Of a stretch of DNA of 64,000 bases, positions 37,504 to 50,702 are shown in pieces; position 1 is the first letter of the stretch, and every line of letters starts with the position of its first letter. The notes below the pieces were generated by a model. It was not told the origin of the DNA and did no database searches. It worked only from the letters and a program-made list of their open reading frames with translations. The stretch is from Hydrurus foetidus (Eukaryota), in NCBI GenBank assembly GCA_900617105.1, contig UYFQ01000056.1, forward strand, positions 124,001-188,000, given 5' to 3'. Both the position numbers and the translations under genes were made by a program.

Positions 37504-39217
37504 ATGAGCGCTGACGCAAACGGTCAGATTCGTGCGACACCAGGACCGCTGCCACCATTGATAGTAGTTGTCACCGGTAAATTATAGTCATCAGTATCTC
37601 AATATTTAAATCTCGTTCCCCATGATGCCTTTCACTTCCTCAGCCCATAGACTTATTCCCAGCTTGTTTTTGTCTCTTAATTTGATTCAGGCGCTGCTGG
37701 GAGAATTGCGTACTCTTTGATTCCCCTCATATGCAACGGCAGCGCATTTGGCATCGACAGAAGAATTGATTTGCGACTTATAGACGTAGAGTTCTCCATG
37801 GTGAAGCTGCAAGGTGCGTCAGAGATCATTCTCAATTAGAAGATGCTAGACACACATCTTCACTAATATACTATTTTGAACATTTCTACTCTCAGGTGTG
37901 TTGATGGAGGTCCATGACTCTAACTACGATCTGCTGGAGAGTGTGTCTATCTCCAGCAGTCCCTCTGGCTTCAAGGATGCCGACGTGGCCGTGTTGCTGG
38001 GAGGACATCCCCGCATGCCCGGCATGGAAAGAAAACACCTAATCGAGAAAAATGCGGAAGGTAACTTCAATACAGAATAACATTTGCAAGATTGGGTGCC
38101 TTTCATTATGTGCGTTATCCTCTCTCTCTTCTTTTTCATCAATTGTGTGCACTCTTTCTTGAGCGCGCCTCATCACACGCATTGCACTTCGTTAGGAATG
38201 AGGGAGCAAGGTCTGTCCCTTGAGAAATATGCCAGTAAAGACGTGAAGGTGCTCGTAGTGGCCAACCCTGCGAACACCAATATGCTAGTGCTCTTAAAGA
38301 CAGTAAAAAAGATCCCCCAGGGGAACTTCACCTGTTTGACCCGCCTGGACGAAGAGAGACTTAGACACTTCGTAGCCAACAAAATCAATACGGATCTGGG
38401 AAAATTGAGGGGAGAAGTGGACGATAAGAGCGAAGGCAAGGCAGTCACTCAGATTGTGAGGTCAAGAGACGTGCAGAATGTTTTCATCTTCGGAAATCAT
38501 TCTACCACACAGGTCAGAGATGTTGCAGTTTTGAGTAGCTGATCCAATGTGATTTGATATATTGTGACGCACTTTATTGTCATGTGATAAAAGGTAATGT
38601 GATAGGACAGTACATGAAGCAATTTGATAGGATGTAATGTAACCTGATGTGATGTACTGCATGTATCTTACATTTTTAGACCGACTGATCATTGTGATTT
38701 CTGTTCTGTTCTGTTCTGTTGTTCTTTCGTTTTTCTATCCCTTTAGGTCCCGTACATCGATATGGGCACTGTGTTGGTGGACGGACAGGAGCTCAAGGTG
38801 AAGTCCTTCTTTACAGAGCAGGAGACAGACAGCCTCATCCACAGCATCCAGAACAGGGGAGGAGAGGTCATGAAGCTGCAGGGACTCAGCTCCGGGCTGA
38901 GTGCTGCTGGTGCTATTGTACGTCACCTGAGAGAGCTCTTCTGCGAAGGAACTGCGTCTGAGTCTGTCCCCACACACACAGCACACACGAGAAGATTCTC
39001 TGCGGGTATACTGAGTGACGGGAAGTTATACGGAGTCCCTGAAGGCATTGTGTTCTCATTCCCTTGCTACTTGTTGAACGGTAAGATCACGGTGGTGCCT
39101 GACTTGACTCTGGACCTGCACATGAAGGAGAGGATCGCATTGTCGGTGGCTGAGCTGCAAGGGGAGAGGGTCGAGGCGGAGACATTCTTAACCGCTCTTC
39201 CATCTCCTAAACTCTGA
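37504..39217 (+). CDS. Malate dehydrogenase, cytosolic (MDH1)-type, divergent
   Basis: Exons 37504-37576, 37691-37813, 37896-38060, 38196-38512, 38747-39217. Motifs VVVTGAAGRIAYSL, GGHPRMPGMERK, VVANPANTN, LTRLD, FGNHSTTQVP, YGVPEGIVFSFP. Confidence 0.92.
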
Positions 39218-40768
39218 GTGTGAGTGTCAGTAGCAGTGACCACCGATTTAACCAGCTTTCCTACAGACTTAGAAACGCAGCTCACTTCCCTTTCATTCCC
39301 AGAGATGATCCGCTTACTCGAAGTGAGTGGATGCATTGACCAGGGATGCAATTAACAGCTTAACAGCGCAACACTTGCTGTGTATTGAATATTGAATTAG
39401 ATATACAATAGAGCCGTTTTACTGTATTCTCTTCCTACCGATAAACACTCCGTCATATTGAGCGAGATAGATCGCCATTGTACTGCACACTGTACTGTAG
39501 CGCCTGAGCCACAATCCGTAGACTGATATGATATCACTTGGTAGACTGATATGATATCACTTCGTGTCTTCATTGGACGTTTGGCAGAGTGCTATTCTCT
39601 TGTAATATATTGTATCGTAAAGGGCACTGAACTAAATTTCATTCCCAATGTTAGAGATGGATCTTGACCTCCCCCTCCCTCCTCTCATTTCGTCGCTACA
39701 TGTGCATAATTATCTCCTCCTCGTCAACTAGAAAAATTGGAAAGTAAACTTAATTTGCATCTATTCCAGTAGACGGAGATATTCTTCTTAAGTACCCAGC
39801 GCTGTTGTCTCGCAAAGTCCCTCTCAACTAATCTGTTTTCTTCATTGGACGGATCAGTCTGATCTGATCTGATCTGATCTGTCTGCGAAGTCGCCTTGCT
39901 TCATGTCTTATCATACCGTACAACCAGTTCCAGAAAGGTGCTCGTACGTGCATGGCACAGTGCGGTAGAAGGGGTGTCAGAAGTCAGCGGGTGACGTACA
40001 TAACAATAGTTAAGGGATGAGGAGAGATGAAACCCTCAAATCGTGAGCGGTCTGAATGTACGACTGTGCCTGCGTATGTCTGTCTGTTAGTGTGTGTGTC
40101 TCTAACATTTGCTTTCTTAATTCAGTGAAGTCCGCATGTTCTAGTAAGTCTTGTTTGCTAGTGTTGAAAACAATGGCATTGTGTTGTTCGTGAAAAGAAT
40201 GTAAGGGTTGAGCTCGACAAGTGAGATAGATATATCGTCCTCTCTGATTTGAAACTGTGTCTGGTTCTACCTATCAGATCAAATTGGATCGGTCATTATC
40301 AGCGACAGAACATTAGCTGTGACAGAGAGAGTCATTGACACGTCGAGAGTCACGGCGATATACGATGTTCGGAGAGTGGCAGACAGATAGTACCTACGGC
40401 AGTGCGACCTCTCTACTATACGGTACGTACGGTGTGAACGATGTACGCACACACGTGACACGGTGGTGTGATGCTGAGCTATCCGATCCGACTAGGTTAA
40501 TTCTGCTAGAACTGTGAAGCAGATTAGATTATACGGGGCTACACTGGACGAGACCTCTTTGACACTTTCCTTGCTCTGCAGTAATTCCGGATATCTCCAT
40601 ACAGCATGCAATATTTCTTTGCCTCATTTCAGTGCGATGCGATTTGATGTACTGCTTTATGTTATCTTGGATGACCATCCATGCCGCTGTGTCTCATCAC
40701 GTCACACTGCAATACCTATACCCCTGTGCATTCTCTTCGATCTCCCTCGCGTCATGTCGTGTGTGTGT

Positions 40769-43700
40769 CTACACCGTGTTCGTGATGAGCTGCTCCAACT
40801 CGTACAGTGTCTCCTCCTCGGGACTGATAGGGGGAATGCGTGTGATAGAATATATAATGAAATAGATAATTGATGGAGCGCTGTGAAGACGACAGATATT
40901 TCGCGCCTGTAAAGCATTGACGACGTCACTCAACACAAGTGGTGAGTCTCCACATGATAACATGAGATGGGAAGAGCTTGTCTCACCCGGAGTTGAGCAG
41001 TGTGTATTCGAATAGAGGGGCTCGCGTCATGTAGTAGGTCACATCCTTGGCAGCATCGTTCACCATGGCGGACACCTGATGAGGAGAAGAAAAAGAGGTA
41101 GAGGTAGAGGGGTGTGCAAGTCAGTGCGATGCAATGAGACTAGGGAAAGGACTTGTTCGGAGGAAGAAATATCGGATACATTTGCAGGAGAGAAAGAAAC
41201 GGAGAAAGACAAGAAAGGAATAGAGAGAACACAAAGAAGGGAGGCAACAATATGATGCGTCAAGTCAAGGCTATAGACATAGCGCATCGATGACACCATA
41301 AGTAAGTGAGATTATACATACGGTATTCGATAGGATCATGAAGTAGGGATTGTCACTGTGCATCTGTACATCGCTCTGCATTACCTGCTCTGCGCTGCTC
41401 TGGGCCGAGACATCCGGTTTCCCTCTGCTCTTCAAAACGGTTAACTGCAAGCCATTAAAGAGGGTAAGAGGGGGCGTTACTCGGAGTGGTCAGCACGGAC
41501 ACAGGTGATAGTTTCGAGTTGATTTGAGTGACTGTCAATAAGCGTAGAAAAGGAGATCCGTCTGTTCGTGTTGAGCGCTGTGTGTGTGTGTGTGTGTGGC
41601 TGTCTGTTTGTTTATCTATATATCTATCAATGAGTCTGTCTACCATGTCTGTCATGTGATGTCATTCTCTGTGTACCTCTGACTGCACCATCTGTGTGGC
41701 TTTTTCTATGAACTGATCTTTGGTCTGCAGTGACACCCAGATGTTGAGCAGCTTCAGGGAAGGCACTCTGAAGAGAAGAGAAGGTACAATCAAAAAGGGG
41801 TGTAATGGAGGAGAGATTAGGGAAGAGAAGAAAAGGGATGGAATAAAAAAGAGAAGAAAGAAAGAAAGGAATGGCAGCAAAGAGGAGGTGATAGATGGGA
41901 ATCAAGGGAGAAGGAAATAACAATGAGGGGGAATGTAAAGGGATAATGGCAGAGGTAAAGATGTTGATGCATCACTCCGTTACATCACAGACACCCCATG
42001 CATCATCTTCACGACAGTCAATGTATCTCAAGGCGGAGAATACTCACTTCAACAACGCTTCGAGCATCTCTGGCGGTCCGTCCAGCACACAGGGCAGAGG
42101 GGCGAGTGCTGCTTTCTTCACCGTCCCGGTGTTCCTGGTGAAGAAAGAGAAGGGGCCCTTCGTCTCCTCAGCTGTGACTGCTACTGCTGCTGCTTCTGAT
42201 GAGACTGAAGAGACATCTGCCTTGGATGTGAGATCATCTATAGAGAGATACACGGGTATCTCATTGCCGAAGAAAGATTTCTCATCTCCCTCGTACACGA
42301 TCTTCTTCTGCTTCCTCAACTCTGCTATCCGATCCTCAGAGGCGAAGGAATATTTATCCGGACTGTAGCTCGCGACACTCCTGTCTGTGGTCAGGAACTT
42401 GACGCTCCTCACCTTGTCGCTGCACTTCCCGTTCTTCACCAGCTTGGCTGCGAGACTCAGTCTACCAGCAGCCCTTGGGCCGCATATTACCACCACTGTG
42501 CTGAGCACCTGCAGGTCGAGGGGGTCCCCGTACTCATCGTACTGACTCTCCCCCGTCTCCCCTGCCGACAACTTCCTATTCTCATTGTCACGGATCTTCT
42601 TCTCACGGATTTCATCTTTTTTCCGTGATTCCCTGTACACCTCTGCGAATGACCCAGGCACTATAGAGAGGAAGTCCTCCAGTCTTACCTCCCCTCTGAT
42701 CTCTGTCAGCAGCAGAGCTACTCTGTTGGACAGGAACCCGGCTATGATGCCCAGATACTGCTGCCTGGTGACCAGGCTGAAGGTGACGGGTTTCACCCCC
42801 GTGGAGTAGTAGTTATAGGCCGTAAAGATGCCCAGTGCCAGGAGGGGCACGGCCACCCTGTTCGTCACCAGGAACTGCACTACCTTGTTGTCAGAGCTCT
42901 TCTTAGCAGATTTCGAATAGCCTGTAGTGCAGTGTGGCATCACGTGGTATGGTGTAGAGATTGTCAGTCAGTGTGATGTGTAATAGGTGGATGCATGTCA
43001 GAATCAGGTAATTACTGACATCACATCACTATTACTACACACCACCACGCATCACATTTAGTCACATCTTATCACATGACGTAATGTTAGAAGTGCATAA
43101 GATCCACCAGCACTTCTATGTTTACACACACGCAGGGCACAAAGGCATTGACAAGACCCACCTGCACCGATGCTGTCTGTTTTCTTGCCGAGTAGGTAGA
43201 GGTAGAGGGCTCCTGAGAGGGAGCCAGCCAGGAAAGGGAGGGACACGTCAGGTCCGAACGCTACCGTGCTGGCAACAGTGCCCACCGCTCCGAACTGAAT
43301 AGTGGACAGAACGATTCTGTGTTGAGGAAAATGTGATGAAATGAGGGTGGGATGGAGCTTATTAGTTAATGCTGATGGATTGAGTGCATCTGAAGATTGT
43401 AACAGAAATATAATCGATTATGTGAAGGAATTCAAATGACGAGAAACACAGATGACATAGTAAAATAGAAATATTGAGCATTGAAATTACAGGAAAAGAC
43501 GGTCCTGAAGAGATGCACAGGCTGAGAATACGCTGAGAATATACTGCTTTATTACCGTTTAAAGAGAGTGCTAGTTTCTGCTACTGATTCATGCTATTGA
43601 GGCACAACATAACACGGTGAGAGCTGTCTCGATTTCAAACAGACAGACAGACAGTCAGTCAGTCGATAACTGTGTGTCATGTTCGTAGGTGCACCACGTA

Positions 43701-44627
43701 AACCGATGTCCGTTAGCTACCATGATGCGCATGTGTGTGCAACGCAATCAAAAAAGAGTCTTACTGACAGAAAAGCTCATTCGCCTCTTCGAAATGAATT
43801 ATTCACCTCTTCTTCAGCTCCTCATATTTGTCAAGGTCGTCCTCGAGAACAGTCGCGTTGATCGACTGATGAACAAGACAAAAGTGACGAAGTTGAGCAA
43901 TATCAAAAACGATGGACAAAATGAGGAAGAAAGCGGTACGAAGTAGAAGAGCCTCTGTGCTGTGTATCAATTGACAATGAGGCACGTTCTTCGTCCAAAA
44001 GGCACGAGGAGTTGGGAAACAATTTATCACCTTTACTGGGACTGAGAAGTTTGCGGGCATTTCTCGATAGGAAGGGGCCCGCACGATGAACTCAGTAGAG
44101 TTCATCTTGTACTTCACTTGATAACCATTCTCCGATCTCTTGAAAAAGGCTCGGACAGGTGTTAGATCACTTATTTTTGCTGAAGTTGATTTCGCTTGAG
44201 AGTCTAGGGTAAATATGTCTATGGATTTCCCTTCCTTCAAGGGTGACAAGTCAGCAATCCAATTCTTATTCGATGAGATATATTCTAGGAATCGAATACG
44301 GGCAAGGACTCTCTCATTTTTGTATTTTCCTGGACAAAGGACGATGTCACCCTCGGCAGGAAGTGGCAGCAGTTGCTGACCATTAATTATTTCACCGTTT
44401 ATGTCCTTTATCTTCGGAGCTCTCTGTCGACTCTTCTGTACACTGCCACGGTATTCTTCATCTTCCTCTGGAGGTATGTATCCAGACATCATCAATAGAC
44501 AACTTGAAGTTCTGCTGCTGGCAATCCTGATGGACTGCGGACTAAGAAAACTAGACATCATTGACTGATTCAGGAATAATATGAGGATGGCATAGAGCGC
44601 AGACCTCCTTGCGGATTCCGTCAGCAT
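40769..44627 (-). CDS. Plastid-targeted Atp1/UncI (CGL160-like) membrane protein fused to a degenerate guanylate-kinase-like domain
   Basis: About 8 phase-compatible exons (approx. 44031-44627, 43807-43865, 43161-43316, 42048-42922, 41677-41767, 41385-41444, 40987-41076, 40769-40823). Signal peptide then SS-F. Membrane part DKYEELKKRIVLSTIQFG...FLAGSLSGALYLYLLGKKTDSIG...RVAVPLL...IIAGFLSNRVALLL. Then VVICGPRAAGR, FLTTDR, CVLDG, NIWVS, LFEYTLLNS. Confidence 0.7.
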
Positions 44628-45927
44628 TTTGCGATTGTAATAAGTACTCCAAAATGATAAAAGGCTGCTGTTAGAATATCCTCCAATATCAGATGTCAAG
44701 GCATACAAACAGCTCTTCTACAGGCAGCTAGAGGTTTAAATCTGGACAAGCCCTACTCACGAGGCCTGAGAATTAGCCCAATGTCCTCCAGGGCAAGATG
44801 CTGTCTTACAACGCTATGAGCTATGAGTGCTGAGAGCTGCAGTGTCCCTGTAACAGATAAAGAGATTTTAAAGATCCAAGATCGATCTGTGATCAATCAC
44901 TCAGTCAATCATCGATCATCTACTGTAGCCGTATCCCGGTATAATATCTGCCAATATCTACGGTGCAACGGTATACTACCGTATTCTACATTTTAGATTT
45001 TTAGCCTTGCTTTTACTTTTTGTGTATTCAAATTTCAAATCTCACAGTGCCAAAATATTCCTCTTCTCCAGAAAATGCCGTCAGAGCGGGAACAGATTTC
45101 GCACAAATGCCGAAGGAGATCACTTTAATTTCACAGGTTGACTGGTGAACTGGTGGACGAGAATGCAATGAAGTAACGTTTAGTAGAAAAACGGGTGACA
45201 CGAAAGTTGATGATGGATTGATTTGAGTTTTTCACACTATCTTTCACCTTCTACTCTCGCATATGGTTGTGTTCATAGTCGTGGGAGATGGACTTTAAGA
45301 GGGCTGTATGTTTCAGACTATTGATTTCACTATTTCCTCTCAATCGGATGTTGATGAGGACTTGAGTTGAGTTGCTCAAATGCCCTACATTTCAGACTTT
45401 AAATTTCACTCTTCCCTCTCATTCGGATGTTGATGATGAGTTGAGTTGAGTTGAGTTGATCAAATGCCCTGCTGGGATCGATCCGACCATCGGTCACTTT
45501 ATTTTTAGTGACGTTGGTGTCGGGGCTTTAGGGTTTAGGGGGTTCAAAAAGACGCACTTGCCGCTGCCAGCATCCCGCATCCCGCATCCAGCAACCCACT
45601 TCTCCACAAATCCACTGCAGAACCGGATACTACTACGTGTGGTGGCGGAACCTGTAATATCTCCTCTTCTTTTTGTTCTCCGACCTCAATATCGTTTCTA
45701 GAATTCACTTGGTGGGAACATAGCCAGTGTCGCTGTTCCAATCCAGTAATCTGAGAATCTCTCTGTTGCGCCGCAAGTGACCTAGCATCTACTGCAACTA
45801 TCAAAGTGCAAATAGAAATCGGGTGAACGACCATCGTGTGGCAATCGCACAAAGATCTTCGCAAGGCTTCCAATACCAGTAACAGCGATATCTACAATTC
45901 TCTCCTTTCAGTACTCCCGGACTCATC

Positions 45928-48900
45928 ATGAGCGCAACGAATGTGTCTGCTGATTGCCCTGGCAGTTCAGTCACCGGGGAGAGCACGGAATGTGTTACAA
46001 CCGCAGACGGAACAGCTCCTGTCAACGCTATTAGACAATCACTCATCGATATCACTGTAGTACTGCCAACTGGCAAAAACGTTATTATAACGTCAATCAA
46101 TCCTTCAGAACCAACAAGCCTCATCAGACAAACTCTTCAGGAGTACCAAGAGAGCGCGTTGTACACAAGCTATGTACTCGAAACCGCTGACGGCGCCGCT
46201 ATCAGCGACTACGTCGAAATAGCAAACTATGCACCTATCGACGAGGAGATTACTAACATGAAAGTGCTCTTAATCCCAGCTCCTTATGACATCAGGAAAT
46301 GTCGGTTACAGTTAAGAAGAATTCGGGACATGATTGCGTATCCACCAACACTGAAGGGAGCTAGTTCAGACAGTGATGTTACAGATCACAGTAAGTCCAT
46401 TTCAGTTGCTCTCTCGGACGACTGTAACGCAGTTGCGTCTTCAGCGGAGACCGTAGTGAGTGCAGGAGCAGATAAAGTTTCTGTCACTGACGGCATCGAA
46501 GCACGATCAGAAATTTCCCCACGAAACGGGGCAGACGAGTCTTCCGAAGAAACGAAGGAAAGGGGCATTATCGATGAAGCACAGGATGAGGAAGAAGATT
46601 TCACTGCTGAAGAACTGGCAGGTTGCGATCCAACAGCTGAGTTTGAGACTTCTGTCGAAGTTGATTCCAACTCATCATCTAACGAAGTGAAAGCCGTGAC
46701 TCCAGATGAGAAGTCGACTGATGGCACAGTAGAGGTTGCACTCAAAGATGATGGGTCGGAACAAAAAGTGGTTGATTATCTAACCATAGAGAAAGTGAAG
46801 GACGATGCAAGCAAAACCAAGATCAAGGGAGACAAGGCGCCATACAACGATGGAATTAAAGTTACAGCAATGGGCTCCGAGGTCTCGTCAACAGTAAAAA
46901 AAGCCATGCAGAAAAACAAGGCTCTACCCTCTGAGACGGAGCTGTTCTCTCCATTGAGCTTACAGAATTTCTACCGCCAGACATTGCTGCGAGTGGGCTC
47001 TGCTCAAGGGGGTGCGAAATCCACCGACATCTCGGAAGGGAAAGTACCATCTCAATGCGTGAAGAGTGTGTCAGCAAGTGGATGGAATCCCCCTCCAGCA
47101 TTCAGAAAAACGCAAGGGGATCTGCTCTACATTGAAGCTGTCACAGGTATACACCACTACACTGTGCTTTCTGCGTCACAAACCCTTACACCAGCTGTTT
47201 CTCTGTGAGATCTGCAACTGACTGACTCACTTCACACCTGTAACAAATACGGTAGCGCAGAACATTCGTGTTCTTCTGATACATCACTTTCATAATAGTA
47301 TATCTACTCCCATGCATCCCAAACAAAATTGTTATCGCTATGTGCGTAGAGGAGGGAGTATTCCACATCACGAACACCCCCAGCGGGTTCTATATCAACA
47401 GGAGCACCAGACAGGTCTTCGACCCCCGTCCCGCCCTGCACCCCCACTTCTCCCACGAGATCTTCAATACCCTCCTGGGGGTCAGTGCGAGTCTGCGCGC
47501 CTCCTGGCGCCAGCAGAGCTTGCTTCCTTCTCCGCCACAAACAGAGGCAGAGGAAGAGGCGAGACAAGCAAAGGGCGGAGACAAACTACCTGGTGCCCTC
47601 GATGTCATCAGCACCATCTGCAGTCAGGTAATAGTGCGACAGCAACTGCATACAGGAAGCTGAAGACATTTCCTATTATTGGAACCCTCTATCACTCCAT
47701 TCCATCCCATTTCTTTTATGCATGTTCTTAGGGCAGAGAAGAACTGATGTTCGTGAAGCTACCGTGGAACGTTCCCACCCCCGAGACCTTCCTCCCTTCT
47801 CAAGGAGCGGCAGAGACTGCAGCAGTGAAGCAGAGAAACGACAGCAAATCCAACAAACTAGCATACGCCGCGAGCAATGCGAGTAGCAGCAGCAGCAGCA
47901 GCGCAGACAAGCGCTTGTCGCATACTTACAACATCTCTCGTCTGCATGACGATCTGTGCGATCACTTCGGAGCGGAGGACCCTGGTGCTCCCAGAGAATG
48001 GTGAGTATGGAGCAGAACAGTACAGTACAGAACAGTACAGTACAAGTGAGACGAGATGAGGATAGAAGATGCCCTGTATCCTCTGTAACAACTGTTCTCT
48101 CAAAGAATGACTCACATCCCTCCTCAATAGAATCAAATCACTCACTCTACGGGATGAAATTGCCGGTTGCTTCTGTACTGCACAACTTCCGTTGCCCTGT
48201 ATGTTGCTTGTACACTTTCATCGCTGCGCTGTCTCTACTCTGCACATCACATGTCAATTGGAGTGCATGTCCTGTGCTGACTCGTTATATCTACCTCGGT
48301 GTGATGTAATGTCGATGGAGTGGGCAGAGCTGAACCTACTCGAGTTGCAGCATCAGAATCTGCACACGGGTTTGTACCACTCCTGACTCCTCACTGCTTT
48401 GTGTCATTTACTGTGTAGGAATGAGGAGATGCAGAGCATACGGGCATTCAAGTGCGCGGAGATGCCGGACAAGGTCATGAGAGCTAAGTTCATCCACAAG
48501 GTGAAATCAGTACAGAACAAGTCGATATCATACAAAATGAGGACAGGTTCTGTCACTTGATATGATCAGAAAGAACCTATTCACTGTTATTGCCACTGAA
48601 TGATGGATCGATGATATGTATGCATGTGTAGAGAGTAGTCTGGTATATTAAGTTATACAGCTGTAGAGTAACTTCTTTTGATACCTCCTACAGCTACAGC
48701 ACGTTTCTCCCCTCCATCTTGTAGAACACCAATTTTTCTGTAGTGCCTCCTATCGACTATCATCCTGATCATCCCATCCCATATCTTCTCTCTTTCACTG
48801 CTCCACTCTCTTTGTCACTCTCTCACGTAGATATACCAGGAGTTCAACGATGCGGTCAAGGCGGGAGCAGTGGCGATAGCTGAGGGGAACATCGCACCCA

Positions 48901-50614
48901 TGGTACACCACTACACCACATCATCTCCTCTTCTCTGCTCTTTTCTACTTTCCTATCATCTCCACCAATTGTACACCACCTCACCACACCACACCTACTG
49001 CTCTCCTCTTCTCTCATCTACTCTACCCATGGTAACACATCGCACTATACCACATCTACTCCTTTCCCTGCTCTCCTCTCCTCTCCTATCCTCCAAGTCA
49101 TTGACTACATGACTGCCTTCCCAAGCCACTTAACTGACACAATCTCATACGATATTTACTACATTACACCATTACTGTAGAATCCGGTGGACGAGGAGAA
49201 GACGCAGGTGTTCGTGTACGACAACATTTTCTACAGCAGAGCAGTGGACACAAAGGACAACTTCAAGGTGAGCACTCCACCAACTGTACTGCCCTGCTCT
49301 AAATTGCTCATTGTTGCTCTGCTGACATGACCTACTCCATCGCTGCTAATTGTCAGTGGCGTCTCATTTCTCGTCTCACTGTCTCCCTTACACGCTCTTC
49401 TACACTCAACTACTTCACCTATCGAATCACTTACAATCTCTCTCACCTCCTCTGCAACCTAGATATGTCAAGGAGACAGAGCGAACAGAAAGCTGGCCGG
49501 ACACGACCTTAGAAACCAGAGACTCATACAGTCCCTGGGTGCGTACGTTACGATGCCTTCATTTGTGAATACAGACGACACATGAAATAACTCCTCAAGA
49601 CTGCATGTAAATTGACCTTTGTTACATATATGTGACATTGCATTGCAGAGATCGAGGGTCTGTGCACGGTGCTGTCGTGTGTGGTGGACTTCAAGGGAGA
49701 GAGACTCATCGGACAAACCATCATACCGGGGGTGCTACAAATTGTAAGTTCCTACCCTATCCCTATCCCTACTGTCGCACTGCACTGCACTGCCCTACCC
49801 TCATAACTATCTGCTGCCCATCTTTCCAAGGACGACTACCCTTCATTAGCCACTTGACTCTATCTCACCTCTCCCTCTTCTCTTGCTGTCACCAACAGAG
49901 CGAACATTCTGCCAGACTCTTGTATGGAGCTCTCGAGCTGGGCAAGAGACTATCGGTCAGATCAGAACCTTCTTAGATCTAGCCGTTCATGTTCTAACTT
50001 CTTTTAACTCCTTCAGACGATGCTGACTTAGTGATATCACTCCTCCTCCTCCCATTGCTCGGACTCACTCTGTCCCTTTAGGTCAAGAATGAGGGACTGA
50101 AAGTCATGAACGCTTTGTTCTCGAGGCTATTCATCGCTCAGAGAAATGTCGCCGCTGTGCCCACTGTAACGGTAAGTAAGCCAGGCAGTCAGTAAGCTAG
50201 TAAATCGACATTCACCTTCAATTATGACTGTGCGTCATCGGCATCGGCATCGACATCGGCATGGCCTCTACGGTCATCTCTGCACTCATTTCTAAATGCA
50301 GAATAACACATCACCGACAACTCCCTCTACACCTCCCACCTAAGATGCACCTCTCCGTCTTCTATCCACTCTCAGATATTCCCCGCCGAAGAGGACAGCG
50401 AAGTAGTCGCTCCGATAGTGCCCCTTGGAATGGGATTCTTCGGAGCAATAGACTTGGAGGAAAATCAGGTAACTAACATCAAGTTAAATCACAACTGTCA
50501 GCTTCTTTCACTGTGTATGCAACTCATGATCATTGATGATGCTCTTCTCGACTCTCGACACCTTCTCATCCATTTCTTTCTTTCTTTTTCTTTTTTCTTT
50601 CTTTCTTTTTTTTT

Positions 50615-50702
<88 letters not shown>

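Noticed and set aside
39518..39562. 23-bp tandem duplication GTAGACTGATATGATATCACTT(G)
   Set aside because: Simple local duplication in the 3' intergenic region with no further structure.
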